A stretch of DNA of 64,000 nucleotides from Endomicrobiia bacterium (GCA_039630545.1 JBCNUU010000004.1:32001-96000), one strand, 5' to 3'. Positions 38,172-48,973 are shown, counted from the stretch's first letter. Translations and numbers: made by a program. The notes: a model not told the origin generated them from the letters alone.

Positions 38172-40052
38172 CTATATCAAAGGATTGTGTTGAACATAAA
38201 TTAAAGGTGATGTTTCTGTAGTTTTATATTTGCCAATTTCTAACATTATTTTTTCAACTAATGACATTTTTGTTTCTAGTATTTTTAAAATAATTATACT
38301 GCTATAACCATTATAGTCTTTTTCAATATCTTTTTCAACAAAAATTTCAATGTTGTTTTCTTTTTTAAAAACTTCTAAAATTTTTTCTTTAAAATCTAAA
38401 ACTACATTTTCTTTTTTATCTAAAATTTGCAATTTAACTAAATACACAAATGGTGGATACTTTAACATTTTTCTTACCTTTAACTCCTCCCTATAAAAAT
38501 TTTTATAATCAATGTTTAAAATATTCTCTTTGTTTCTTGTTTCAATATAAACTTCTATAACCTTGTCTTTAGAAATTAAAGATTCAAAAATTTTAATAAT
38601 TCTATAAAAATTTTCATAGTTTAAATAATTAGGCTTTTGAAAAAACTCATCTGCTGAGACAAAATAAATGCTTCCTATAAAAGAAAAATTTAGTCTATAG
38701 ATATAATTTAAAATATCTAAATTGCTAACCAGTACATCTATCTTTCTGTTGTTAAATTCTTCTATTTTTTTATTCTGCAATAAAGCATTATAAGAAGTTA
38801 ATTCCTGAATATTTGCTATTTTTATTTTTGATGATAAAAAACTTACTATTTTTTTAACAGCAGAAAAATGTTCTTTATAATATGTACTTCCACAATCAGG
38901 ACATATATAGGTATGTTTTATCTTAAATTCTTTTTTTAATTTTCTTTTTGAAAAAATTTTTTTACATATCAAACATTTGTAATATCCTGTTGAACCTCTA
39001 TATGGAAAAATTATTAATGCTTGTTTAAATTTATAAACATCTTTCAAGATAACTTTTGTTAAATCTTTTGTCACTATATTTATCTTTATTAAGTTTTTAT
39101 TTATACTTAAATTTTTTTTACTGGATACCAAGGGATAATTATATAAATGAGTAACTGAAGGAAAAAAACTACTATATATTAGCCTGCAATTGTAACTTTT
39201 TATTCTCTTCTCTAAAATAAGCAAACAATCATACATAGGTACCTCTGGATTTTTATACCCTAAAGCATCGGGTTCATCTACTACTATGTAGGAGATGTTA
39301 TTAAAAGGCAAGAATACACCAATCTTTGTAGAAATTATCACATTTATAAACTTATTTCTTATAAAAAACCAAATTTTATATCTTTCCTCTAATGGTGTCT
39401 CTCCAGTGTATAAAACTATTTTCTTTGTTATTTGTTCATTATTAAATAGATTATTTTGTTTTAAAACCAACTCAGAAAAACTTTGAATATAGTTACTATT
39501 TGGAAAAAGTAACAACAACTGTGTATCGTTTTTAATTACATATGATATTAAACTTTTATAAAAATCAAATTTCTCTTCTAAGTTTGACGGTACAAATAAA
39601 CTTATTTTATGAGCGTTTATTTTTTTAAAAATTTTAAGATATTTGTTTTTACTTTCAATATCATCTAAAGTTAAAGTTCCATTTTTTTTAACAAGTATCG
39701 CTTCTTTTAATGTAAATTTATTTTCTAAAGGAAAAAATTGATTTAAAAAATAACCAAAAGAAACAAGATAAATTTTAGAAAGCCATTCCCCAGTAGATAA
39801 CTGTTCTTTGTCAAAAAAATATGTCTGGTCTATTACGGATTTTATAGGTTTTATATTAGTTAAATCAATTTCTGAATTATTGGACTTGCCAACTATAACA
39901 CCTATTTTGTTTATTTCTTTTCCAAAATCTACTTCAACTCTTGTTCCAATTATATCTTCTTTTATCAATTCTTTAGAGATATAATAAGTATACTTTTTAT
40001 TTAACGGTATAGGAAATACCACATCACACAAAATATAATTATTTTTTTTCAT
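38172..40052 (-). CDS. priA: Primosomal protein N' homologue with degenerate helicase motifs
   Basis: N-terminal YTY..GTRVEVDFG..KPI, ERYKIW, FLPFNNISYIVVDE, FYREELKVRKMLKYPPF. Confidence 0.8.
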   Translation of the reverse strand: MKKNNYILCDVVFPIPLNKKYTYYISKELIKEDIIGTRVEVDFGKEINKIGVIVGKSNNSEIDLTNIKPIKSVIDQTYFFDKEQLSTGEWLSKIYLVSFGYFLNQFFPLENKFTLKEAILVKKNGTLTLDDIESKNKYLKIFKKINAHKISLFVPSNLEEKFDFYKSLISYVIKNDTQLLLLFPNSNYIQSFSELVLKQNNLFNNEQITKKIVLYTGETPLEERYKIWFFIRNKFINVIISTKIGVFLPFNNISYIVVDEPDALGYKNPEVPMYDCLLILEKRIKSYNCRLIYSSFFPSVTHLYNYPLVSSKKNLSINKNLIKINIVTKDLTKVILKDVYKFKQALIIFPYRGSTGYYKCLICKKIFSKRKLKKEFKIKHTYICPDCGSTYYKEHFSAVKKIVSFLSSKIKIANIQELTSYNALLQNKKIEEFNNRKIDVLVSNLDILNYIYRLNFSFIGSIYFVSADEFFQKPNYLNYENFYRIIKIFESLISKDKVIEVYIETRNKENILNIDYKNFYREELKVRKMLKYPPFVYLVKLQILDKKENVVLDFKEKILEVFKKENNIEIFVEKDIEKDYNGYSSIIILKILETKMSLVEKIMLEIGKYKTTETSPLIYVQHNPLI

Positions 40053-40764
40053 GGATACCCAAAATTTTCATTATTAATTTCATATCCTTCCACACATATG
40101 GTTTTAACGAAGGATTTCTTAAAAGAGCTGCTGGATGATATGTAGGAATTACTTTTATATCTAAACCAGAATATTTATATTCAAATATTTTTCCCCTCAA
40201 CTCTGATATAGGAACATCATTACCAGTAAGAGTCTTAGCAGCTATGGAACCTAAACAACATATAACTTTTGGAGAAATTATTTCTATCTGGTGATGTAAG
40301 TAGTTTATGCATGCTTTAATTTCTTCAAGAGTTGGAGGTCTGTCGTTATTTCTAAGTTGTGGATCTGGAATTTCTACAGGATGACATTTCACAACATTTG
40401 TAATATAAACTTCTTCTCTGTTTAAATTCATAGCTTGAATAATCTTGTTTAAAAGCTCGCCTGCTTTTCCAACAAAAGGTCTTGCTTGTTTGTCTTCCTC
40501 ATATCCAGGTGCCTCTCCTATAAACATAAGCTCTGCATTTATGTTGCCTTCTCCAAATACTACATTGGTTCTGGTTTGGTAAAGATTGCAGTTTCTACAT
40601 TTTTTGACTTCTAATTTTAACTTCTCTAATTTTTTGAATTTATCATCTGGATTGTTATCATTAAAAAGATTTTTTGAGATATCTATATATAAACCATCTA
40701 AAGAATATAAAATTGAAGCAAGTTTAAAAAGTTGTGTTAACTTTTTCTTGTTTTCTTCTTTCAT
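40039..40764 (-). CDS. Uracil-DNA glycosylase, family 4
   Basis: [34 protein letters not shown]. Confidence 0.93.
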   Translation of the reverse strand: MKEENKKKLTQLFKLASILYSLDGLYIDISKNLFNDNNPDDKFKKLEKLKLEVKKCRNCNLYQTRTNVVFGEGNINAELMFIGEAPGYEEDKQARPFVGKAGELLNKIIQAMNLNREEVYITNVVKCHPVEIPDPQLRNNDRPPTLEEIKACINYLHHQIEIISPKVICCLGSIAAKTLTGNDVPISELRGKIFEYKYSGLDIKVIPTYHPAALLRNPSLKPYVWKDMKLIMKILGIHEKK

Positions 40765-41405
40765 TTTTTACTAATTAACTTTTCTAACCAATTAAGTAAT
40801 ATTTTCACAAACGCTTTCTTCTTTAGTTTTTTGTACTTTTTTATTACTCCATTTCTAAAAATTAATGTAGGAGTAATCCAGTCACTCCCAAAGCTATCAG
40901 GATAGTTTAAAACAATTAGATCCAGATTCTTTTTTAACAATTTATTAATAGCATATTTTATAGAGTTTTTTCTATCTGTTTCAAGAGCAAAACCTATTAA
41001 AATCTGATCGTTTTTTTTATTTAAGCCACAATACTCAAGGATATCTTTTGTATTGATTAATTTTATTAATCTATATTTTTTAGTCTTTTTTAATTTATTC
41101 TTATATAATTTTAAAGGTTTAAAATCACAGACAGCAGCACATGAAATTATAGCATCAACTTTATTTAAAAATTTTTTCACCAGTTTAAACATTTCGTCAG
41201 AGGTTTCTATATAACAGATATCTACATTCTTAGGAGGCTTCAAGTTTACAGGTCCACTAATAAGGGTAATTTTGTATTTTTTAGAAAATTCTTCGGCTAT
41301 TTGATAACCAAGTTTTCCGGAAGAACGGTTAGATATAAATCTTACAGGATCTATATATTCGCGTGTAGGGCCCGCTGTGATTAGAATATGTTTTTTTTGT
41401 TGCAT
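40761..41405 (-). CDS. coaB: Phosphopantothenate-cysteine ligase (stand-alone)
   Basis: LITAGPTREYIDPVRFISNRSSGKLG, AAVCDF, GFALET. Confidence 0.9.
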   Translation of the reverse strand: MQQKKHILITAGPTREYIDPVRFISNRSSGKLGYQIAEEFSKKYKITLISGPVNLKPPKNVDICYIETSDEMFKLVKKFLNKVDAIISCAAVCDFKPLKLYKNKLKKTKKYRLIKLINTKDILEYCGLNKKNDQILIGFALETDRKNSIKYAINKLLKKNLDLIVLNYPDSFGSDWITPTLIFRNGVIKKYKKLKKKAFVKILLNWLEKLISKK

Positions 41406-41412
41406 TCATTTA

Positions 41413-41958
41413 TTATTTTTTTAACATTTTTTTAATATAATCAAAAATCTCCTCTACCTCTGGAAGTCTACCTTCTCCTTCTTTACCACATAATAATTTT
41501 CCTTTTTGAGGTTCTAAAATATTATAACCTATCTTTTTAAGTATGGAAATATTTTTTTGTGTAACAGGGTGTTTCCACATGTTAACATTCATTGAAGGAC
41601 ATAATAAAACTTTAGTTTTTTCTCTATCTATAGCATAGATAGTTGCAGTTAAAAGGTCTTCTGTTTTAGCTATGGCTAATTTTGAAATAGTATTACAACT
41701 GCAAGGAACAACTACCACCAAATCCGCCCATTGAGATAAAGATATATGTGTAGGTAGATATTCTGTTTGAGAAAACATATCTATGTATACTTTATCTTGA
41801 GCTAGCTCTTGTAATAACATAGGAGATATCAATTTTGTAGCATTTTCTGTCATTATACACTTTACGGTGTAGTTTTCATTTTTTAATTTTCTTATAAGAT
41901 CACATACTTTATACAGAGCAATTCCTGCTGTTATACCTATTAGTATATTTTTACTCAT
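41413..41958 (-). CDS. coaC: Phosphopantothenoylcysteine decarboxylase (stand-alone)
   Basis: GITAGIA, HISLSQWAD, PSMNVNM, LCGKEGEGRLP. Confidence 0.9.
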   Translation of the reverse strand: MSKNILIGITAGIALYKVCDLIRKLKNENYTVKCIMTENATKLISPMLLQELAQDKVYIDMFSQTEYLPTHISLSQWADLVVVVPCSCNTISKLAIAKTEDLLTATIYAIDREKTKVLLCPSMNVNMWKHPVTQKNISILKKIGYNILEPQKGKLLCGKEGEGRLPEVEEIFDYIKKMLKK

Positions 41959-42288
41959 TTATTTTCTTTTTTTAGATTTTTTATTTGTCTCTTTTTCAGT
42001 TGTTTCTTCTTCTCCAATAGAAGATTCCATCAATATGCTTAACTTTTTTCTGGTTTCTAGTGGCCCCAATTTTTTTATATCTTCAATAGTAACTTTACCT
42101 GTCAAAATATCATGAATAGCAATGTTGATTCTTTCACTATCTAAAAGATCTTTATATTCTTCTTTATATTTAAGTTCTGCAGCCCAGCGGGCTATATAAG
42201 GAACCAATTTATATTTATCATATTTTGAAGAGAGTATTATTTTGTGAATTTCTTTATGAATTTTTTCTATATCTTCTTTTATTCCCAT
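41959..42288 (-). CDS. rpoZ: Probable RNA polymerase omega subunit (divergent)
   Basis: KYKLV..IARWAAEL and IAIHDILTGKV resemble omega motifs; sits at the usual rpoZ position before coaBC. Confidence 0.6.
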   Translation of the reverse strand: MGIKEDIEKIHKEIHKIILSSKYDKYKLVPYIARWAAELKYKEEYKDLLDSERINIAIHDILTGKVTIEDIKKLGPLETRKKLSILMESSIGEEETTEKETNKKSKKRK

Positions 42289-43133
42289 ATTTGTTCTCCT
42301 TTTTGGTTAGAATTTTCGTTTATAATTTTATATATTTCTATACATTTTTCAAGAATTCCTTCTAAATATTCTAGTTTAAGCATACTGGAAGCATCGCATA
42401 ATGCTTCCTGAGGACAAGGATGTGTTTCTATAAACAATCCATTTGCACCTGCTGCAATTGAAGCATAACAATAAGTAGATATAAACTGTGGTTGTCCTCC
42501 TGATGCTTCTTTTGAAGTAGGTCCAGGAATTCTAACTATATGTGTAACATCTACTATCACAGGATATCCAATTTGCTGCATAATGGGAATACTTCTTAAA
42601 TCAAAAATCATATTGTTGTACCCGAAAATACTTCCCCTTTCGGTCAACAAAATTCTATCATTATCAGTAGACAGTACTTTTGACACAACTTTTTTCATAT
42701 CCCATGGTGCTAAAAATTGACCTTTTTTGAGATTTATAACTTTTTGTGTTTTTGCTGCTTCTACCACAATATCTGTTTGCATACAAAGAAAAGCTGGAAT
42801 CTGTATCACATCCAGAACTTCTTTAACATAGGGAATTTCTGTTTTACAGTGCACATCAGATAACACAGGAACTTCTATTTCTTTTTTAACTTTTTCTAAA
42901 ATTCTAAGCCCTTCTTTCAAACCCGGGCCACGATAACTATCCACTGACGATCTATTAGACTTATCATAGGAAGCTTTAAAAATATAAGAAATTTTAAACT
43001 TCTCTGTAATTTTTTTTATTTCCTCAGCTATTTTTAAAGTCATCTTCTCTGTCTCTATTACACAAGGACCAGCTATAAGCAATAATGGACAATTTTTTCC
43101 TACTTTTATATTACCAATTTCAACTGTTTTCAT
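42279..43133 (-). CDS. kdsA: KDO-8-phosphate synthase
   Basis: IAGPCVIE, KASYDKSNRSS, QIPAFLC, KKGQFLAP, ERGSIFGYNN. Confidence 0.95.
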   Translation of the reverse strand: MKTVEIGNIKVGKNCPLLLIAGPCVIETEKMTLKIAEEIKKITEKFKISYIFKASYDKSNRSSVDSYRGPGLKEGLRILEKVKKEIEVPVLSDVHCKTEIPYVKEVLDVIQIPAFLCMQTDIVVEAAKTQKVINLKKGQFLAPWDMKKVVSKVLSTDNDRILLTERGSIFGYNNMIFDLRSIPIMQQIGYPVIVDVTHIVRIPGPTSKEASGGQPQFISTYCYASIAAGANGLFIETHPCPQEALCDASSMLKLEYLEGILEKCIEIYKIINENSNQKGEQIWE

Positions 43134-43939
43134 ATTGTATTTTTAAAAATTTTTCTAATTTTCTTTAAATCTTCAGGTGTATCTACAGGAAATGGATTTT
43201 CATTGACTAATACTGTTTTAATTTTATATCCATATTCAAGTATTCTTAGTTGTTCTAACTTTTCTAACATTTCTAGTTTGCCAACAGGCATATCCAAAAA
43301 CTTAAATAAAAAATTTCTTTTGAATCCATAAACTCCTATATGCCTATAAAATCTATAATTTTTTAATAAATCTTGTTTTATATCCAAATAAAACTTTAAG
43401 TTGTCTGTTTTAAATTTATCTCTTATAAACGGTATTACAGATCTACTAAAATATAAAGCATATCCTTTTTTATCTGTAACCACTTTCACAAAGTTGATAT
43501 TAAACAACTCACTAAAATAAGAGATTCTGCATATTGGAGTCACAACATTTAGTTTTGGTTCCTTTTTAAATTCCAGTATGATTTTTTTTAAAATCTCAGG
43601 GCTAATCATCGGTTCATCACCTTGGACATTTAATACTATATTACACGGAATCCTTCTTGCCACTTCGGCAACTCTATCAGACCCACTTTTATGATGTCTG
43701 GAAGTCATCATCACCTCTCCACCAAAATTTTTTACTATATCATATATCCTTTTATCGTCTGTAGCTACTACAACCTTATCTATTAGTTCACATTTTTTAA
43801 CATTTTCATAGACCCATTGAATCATTGGTTTGCCTTCTATTAAAGCCAGAGGCTTGCCAGGTAATCTTTTTGAATTATATCTTGCCGGTATAACTGCTAA
43901 AACTTTAACAAACTTTCTATTATTGTTTTTTTTGTTCAT
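43130..43939 (-). CDS. kdsB: CMP-KDO synthetase
   Basis: IPARYNSKRLPGKPL, NVQGDEP, ALYFSR, EKLEQLR. Confidence 0.95.
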   Translation of the reverse strand: MNKKNNNRKFVKVLAVIPARYNSKRLPGKPLALIEGKPMIQWVYENVKKCELIDKVVVATDDKRIYDIVKNFGGEVMMTSRHHKSGSDRVAEVARRIPCNIVLNVQGDEPMISPEILKKIILEFKKEPKLNVVTPICRISYFSELFNINFVKVVTDKKGYALYFSRSVIPFIRDKFKTDNLKFYLDIKQDLLKNYRFYRHIGVYGFKRNFLFKFLDMPVGKLEMLEKLEQLRILEYGYKIKTVLVNENPFPVDTPEDLKKIRKIFKNTI

Positions 43940-44967
43940 TTTTTAAATATTCTTAATATATCACTATATGTAGCAAACATTAATAAAAATAACAAAAAAG
44001 TTAACCCGATCAAATTAGATACCTCAAACAACTTTTTGGATGGAAGCTTTCTCGTAATTGCTTCAAAAATACAAAACATTATATGACCTCCATCAAGAAT
44101 AGGAACAGGGAATAAATTAAATAAAGCAAGCATAGAAGAAATAACTCCTACTGTATATAGAAAATTTTCAAAACCACTCTTTGCAGCTTTAGATAAAACT
44201 TCAACTATTCCAATAGGACCTGCTATTTCTGGCTTTTGAAGTTTAATTATTTTTTCTAAAAGATATCTTAATGAAAATACACTTAAAATTACAGGTTGAG
44301 TTATCGCTGTTTTTAAGGAACCTATTAAATTAAGTCTTTCTTTTTTATATCCTGGAACAATACCAATTATGCCACGTTGACTTGCAGGATCTTCTGTTGG
44401 AATTATTTCAAAATAAAGTGTAGTGTTTTCTCTTAATACTTCTAAATAAATTTTTTTATTAGCTGAATTGTGAATTTTTTGAGCCATTTCTTCCCAGGAA
44501 TTTACTGGTACATTATCTATCTTTAGAATTCTGTCATTTCGTTTTAACCCTACTAAATGCGCTGGTTTTCCTTCAATAACATTTCCTATTACAGGTTCAT
44601 TTGAAATTACAGTTAAACCAAAAAAATACAGCAGAATAAAAAAAATAATCACAGCTAACACATAATTCATCAAAGGACCCATAATCACAACTAACATTCT
44701 CTGATACCATTTTTTCCCAAAAAAACTATCGGCTTCTGTATCCAGTTCTTCTATATTCTCCCCTTTAAGTTTTACAGCGCCACCAATTGGTAGTAAAGAT
44801 ATAGAGTATCTTGTCCCGCCTATAGTTTTACCAATAATTTCTTTTCCCAAGCCAAAACTAAACTCCAATATCTTTATTTTCAAAATTTTGGCCATTAAAA
44901 AGTGTCCAAATTCATGAAAAAAAATCAATAATCCAAAAGCAAAAATTATAAGTATTGCTATTAACAT
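43936..44967 (-). CDS. rseP: RIP metalloprotease RseP
   Basis: HEFGH, PDZ domain, NLFPVPILDGG. Confidence 0.93.
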   Translation of the reverse strand: MLIAILIIFAFGLLIFFHEFGHFLMAKILKIKILEFSFGLGKEIIGKTIGGTRYSISLLPIGGAVKLKGENIEELDTEADSFFGKKWYQRMLVVIMGPLMNYVLAVIIFFILLYFFGLTVISNEPVIGNVIEGKPAHLVGLKRNDRILKIDNVPVNSWEEMAQKIHNSANKKIYLEVLRENTTLYFEIIPTEDPASQRGIIGIVPGYKKERLNLIGSLKTAITQPVILSVFSLRYLLEKIIKLQKPEIAGPIGIVEVLSKAAKSGFENFLYTVGVISSMLALFNLFPVPILDGGHIMFCIFEAITRKLPSKKLFEVSNLIGLTFLLFLLMFATYSDILRIFKK

Positions 44968-44971
44968 TTTA

Positions 44972-46111
44972 TTAATTCCTTTCTTTTAAAAAATTATTAT
45001 TAATATAATCTTTTGTATATTTATCTAAATGAAAAATTTCATCTAAAGATGAAATTTCAAAAGGCTCATGTTTTTCTATTACCTTCTTTAATATTCTATA
45101 AATATCTTCAAATTTAATTTTTCTGTTCAAAAATTTCTCAACCAGTAACTCATTTGCAGCATTAAAAACGACAAGATAACTCTGTTTTTCTTTTTTAGAT
45201 ATATCTAAAATTAGTTTTAACAGGGGAAATTTTTTATAATCTATATTGTAAAATTTTATTTTATTTAAGTCTTTAGTTGAAAGATTTTTAAAAGACCCAT
45301 TAATTCTTTTCCCTATACACATACCTAAAGCATAAGAAATTGGAATTCTCATGTCAGGATAAAAAAGCACAGCCTTGATATTTCCATCTATAAATTCTAC
45401 CATTGAATGAATTAAAGATTGAGGATGAATCACTATATCTATATTTTGATAGGGCACATCAAACAAAAAATGTGCTTCTATGTATTCAAAACCTTTATTA
45501 ACTAAGGTAGCTGAATCTACAGAAATTTTTTTACCCATCTTCCAGACAGGATGAGTTATAATTTTTTCTGGTGTTTTATTTTTAATTTTTTTTCTAAATA
45601 GAGGTCCTCCTGAAGCAGTTAAAATTATCTTTTTTATACTTTCTTTTTTTTCATTGTTTAAACATTGCAAGATTGCAACATGTTCACTATCTACAGGCAC
45701 AAGGAATATATTGTTTTTTCTCACTTCTCTCATTAAAATATCACCAGCTACTACTAAAGTTTCTTTATTCGCTAAAGCTATATTTTTTATTTTCTTTCTA
45801 ATAGCAAAAAAAGTAGGCTTAAGTCCACCTATTCCAACTATAGCATTCACTAATATATCAGGATTTGTCTTATCTATTAACTCTAAAAGTCCTTCTTCTC
45901 CCCAAAAAATTTTTTTTCCAAAAAATTTTTTTCTACTTTTATCTACTATGCAAACATATGGAACTTTGAACTCTTTTGCTTGTAGCTGTAATAACTCTAC
46001 ATTACTTTTTGAAGCTAACCCTACTACCTCAAATTGATCTCTATTTGCCGAAATTACATCTAATACACTTCTACCAATCGAACCAGAAGAACCTAAAATT
46101 AAAACTTTCAT
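44972..46111 (-). CDS. dxr: DXP reductoisomerase
   Basis: LGSSGSIG, LANKE, PVDSEH, TASGGP, DSATLVNKGFE. Confidence 0.95.
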   Translation of the reverse strand: MKVLILGSSGSIGRSVLDVISANRDQFEVVGLASKSNVELLQLQAKEFKVPYVCIVDKSRKKFFGKKIFWGEEGLLELIDKTNPDILVNAIVGIGGLKPTFFAIRKKIKNIALANKETLVVAGDILMREVRKNNIFLVPVDSEHVAILQCLNNEKKESIKKIILTASGGPLFRKKIKNKTPEKIITHPVWKMGKKISVDSATLVNKGFEYIEAHFLFDVPYQNIDIVIHPQSLIHSMVEFIDGNIKAVLFYPDMRIPISYALGMCIGKRINGSFKNLSTKDLNKIKFYNIDYKKFPLLKLILDISKKEKQSYLVVFNAANELLVEKFLNRKIKFEDIYRILKKVIEKHEPFEISSLDEIFHLDKYTKDYINNNFLKERN

Positions 46112-46113
46112 TT

Positions 46114-46938
46114 TTATTTTAAAAAAAACAGAATTAAGTAATAAAAAATTGGCCCTGTAAACAGAAAACTATCAAATCTATCCATCATACCACCATGTCC
46201 AAATAATAAATTATCTGAATCTTTAAACCCACAATCTCTTTTTATAAGAGATTCAGTAAGATCAGACAAAGTGGCAAGGGGTGTAATTATTAAACTTAAA
46301 ATTATTAAATCTCTAAATTTAATAGTTGTATCTATTTGAAAAATTCTGCTAAAAAATAAAAAAGCTAATATCCCAGAAATAATACTACTTGTAAATCCAA
46401 CAACAGTTTTTTTAGGACTTATTATTGAAGCTAACTTTCTTCTACCAAATAATGAACCAAAAAAATAAGCTGAGTTATCTGCTATCCATATAGTGAAAAA
46501 TAAAATATATGTTAATTTCATACCATAATTTTTAATATCCCTTATAAGATAAAGATGGGCTAAACTCCAGGCAAACAAAAATGGAAACAAAAACCCAACA
46601 CTTATCCTTCCAACAGCTCCTAGAGGTTTTTGTTTTAAAATTTCTAAAAAACATATCAAAATTAATATCAAAGTAATATTTGCTGAGGTGAAATATAAAG
46701 AAAACTTAGTAAAAACAATAGGTTCAAATATTATAGACAAAAATATAATTATGCCTACAAAAAATATAACAATCTTTGAAACTTGGTAACCTACTTTATT
46801 TACCATATAAGTAAATTCTTTCAAGATGTAAAATAAAATAACTAATAATAAAAATAAAAATAAAAAATTTCCATAATAAATACTAATAACTACTATTGGA
46901 ATTCCAAAAATTCCGGTTAATATTCTGGGTAATAACAT
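46114..46938 (-). CDS. cdsA: Phosphatidate cytidylyltransferase
   Basis: ISPKKT, DLTESLIKR, KDS, GHGGMMDRFDS. Confidence 0.93.
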   Translation of the reverse strand: MLLPRILTGIFGIPIVVISIYYGNFLFLFLLLVILFYILKEFTYMVNKVGYQVSKIVIFFVGIIIFLSIIFEPIVFTKFSLYFTSANITLILILICFLEILKQKPLGAVGRISVGFLFPFLFAWSLAHLYLIRDIKNYGMKLTYILFFTIWIADNSAYFFGSLFGRRKLASIISPKKTVVGFTSSIISGILAFLFFSRIFQIDTTIKFRDLIILSLIITPLATLSDLTESLIKRDCGFKDSDNLLFGHGGMMDRFDSFLFTGPIFYYLILFFLK

Positions 46939-46960
46939 ATTTATTTAATTATGTAATCAC

Positions 46961-47680
46961 TTAAGAACTTGTTATTTTACCAAATCTTCTTTCTCTACTT
47001 TGAAATTCTTTTATTGCTAAAACAAATTCTTTAGGTGTAAAATCAGGCCAAAGTGTTTCTGTGAAATAAAGCTCAGTATATGCTATCTGCCATAACATAA
47101 AATTTGAAATTCTTAACTCTCCTGAAGTGCGAATTAAAAAATCAAGTGGCGGCAAATCTTTGGTATATAAAAATTTCTCAAATTTCTCTTCATCAATTTT
47201 TGTCATACCAGACTTTAAAATTTTATTCACAGCACGAATAATTTCTGAACGTCCACTGTAATTGATACATAAATTAAGTATCAAACCCGTATTATTTTTA
47301 AGCTGATTTACCAAAGTTTCTAACATTTTTTTTGTTTTATCTTCAAGCTGAGAAATATCTCCACTGACTACTAACTTTATATTATTTTTGATTAAGTTTT
47401 TTTTTTCTCTTATTATATAATATTTCAATAAATTAAATAAACCTTCAACTTCCTGCTTTGGCCGCTGCCAATTTTCTGTGGAAAAAGCAAAAAGTGATAA
47501 ACATTTTATCCCTAACTTCGCTGAGGTTTCAATTATTGATTTTACTACTTTTGCACCAGCTTTGTGCCCAAAAATCCTAGGTAATCCTCTTTTTTGAGCC
47601 CATCGTCCATTTCCATCCATTATGATACCTACATGTTTAGGAATCTTTTTTTCGTCTAGTTCTATATTCAAAAATTTCAT
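46961..47680 (-). CDS. uppS: Undecaprenyl diphosphate synthase
   Basis: IMDGNGRWA, FSTENW, RTSGELRISNF. Confidence 0.95.
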   Translation of the reverse strand: MKFLNIELDEKKIPKHVGIIMDGNGRWAQKRGLPRIFGHKAGAKVVKSIIETSAKLGIKCLSLFAFSTENWQRPKQEVEGLFNLLKYYIIREKKNLIKNNIKLVVSGDISQLEDKTKKMLETLVNQLKNNTGLILNLCINYSGRSEIIRAVNKILKSGMTKIDEEKFEKFLYTKDLPPLDFLIRTSGELRISNFMLWQIAYTELYFTETLWPDFTPKEFVLAIKEFQSRERRFGKITSS

Positions 47681-47685
47681 TACAG

Positions 47686-48243
47686 TTAATTCTCCAGAAT
47701 CTCTTTTGTTTTTTGCTTTAATAATTCATCTATCTTGCTTATATATGCCTCTGTAATTTTTTGGATTTGTTGTTCTGCTTGTCTTTCTTCATCTTCGGAA
47801 ATTTTCTTATCTTTTTTTAGTTGACGAAGAGATTCTATGGCTGTTCTTCTTTCATTTCTTATTGCAACTCGAAAGTCCTCAGCCAACTTATTTACCTGTC
47901 GGATTAATTCCTGGCGCCTTTCATCGGTAAGAGCAGGAACCGTAATCTTTATGGCTTTTCCATCATTAATAGGAGTAAGTCCTAGTGGCGAATTTAAAAT
48001 AGCCTTTTCTATACTTACTAAATTTTTATTGTCCCACGGTCTTATTTCTATAATTTTTCCGTCTATTACATTAATATTACCAATTTGATTTAATTTCATC
48101 TTAGTACCATAACATTCTACTTCTATGTTCTCCACCAAACTTATAGATGCTCTACCTGTCCTTATACTTAAAAATTCACTTTTGCATTTTTCTACTGTTT
48201 TTTTCATTAAATCTTCTGTTTTAGCAAAAATTTCTTTTATCAT
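47686..48243 (-). CDS. frr: Ribosome recycling factor (ATG 48243 after GGAGG)
   Basis: IRTGRA, PALTDERR, AIRNERR. Confidence 0.95.
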   Translation of the reverse strand: MIKEIFAKTEDLMKKTVEKCKSEFLSIRTGRASISLVENIEVECYGTKMKLNQIGNINVIDGKIIEIRPWDNKNLVSIEKAILNSPLGLTPINDGKAIKITVPALTDERRQELIRQVNKLAEDFRVAIRNERRTAIESLRQLKKDKKISEDEERQAEQQIQKITEAYISKIDELLKQKTKEILEN

Positions 48244-48271
48244 ATAAAATTCCAACCTCCATCAATAAAAA

Positions 48272-48973
48272 TTAAATAATGGTGGTCCCAACTTCTTCAC
48301 CTTTTATAGCTCTTAAAAGATTCCCTTTTTTATACAAATTAAAAACTTTTACTGGTAGATTATTTTCCATACATAACGAAAATGCAGTTGTATCCATTAT
48401 TTTTAAACCCTTATTAATAGCTTCTATAAATGTAAGTTTTTTGTATCTTTTAGCTTTTGGATTCTTTTTAGGATCATCGTCATAAACTCCATCTACTTGT
48501 GTTGCTTTTAATAATACTTCAGCATTTATCTCTATAGCCCTTAAAGCTGCTGTAGTATCTGTGGTAAAATAAGGATTACCAGTCCCTGCAGCAAAAATCA
48601 CAATCCTTCCTTTCTCAAGATGACGAATAGCTCTTCTTCTTATATATGGTTCTGCTATTTTAGGCATCTCAATTGCTGACATTACCCTTGTGTGAAGCCC
48701 TATAGATTCTAATACTGATTGTAGTGCTAATGCATTTATTACTGTAGCCAACATTCCCATATAATCTGCTGTAGTACGTTCTATAAAACTTACATTTTTC
48801 CCTCTTAAAATATTACCAGCACCTACTACTATCCCAAGCTGGACTTTATACTTTTCTACTGCTGTTTTTATTTCATCTGCAAGTTCATTTAAAGAAGTTT
48901 CTGAAATACCAAAATTAGAAGACTTTTCACCAATACTTTCACCTGAAATTTTGAGCATTATTCTTCTATACAT
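48272..48973 (-). CDS. pyrH: UMP kinase
   Basis: KISGE, DYMGMLAT, GTGNPYFTTDT, MDTTA. Confidence 0.96.
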   Translation of the reverse strand: MYRRIMLKISGESIGEKSSNFGISETSLNELADEIKTAVEKYKVQLGIVVGAGNILRGKNVSFIERTTADYMGMLATVINALALQSVLESIGLHTRVMSAIEMPKIAEPYIRRRAIRHLEKGRIVIFAAGTGNPYFTTDTTAALRAIEINAEVLLKATQVDGVYDDDPKKNPKAKRYKKLTFIEAINKGLKIMDTTAFSLCMENNLPVKVFNLYKKGNLLRAIKGEEVGTTII

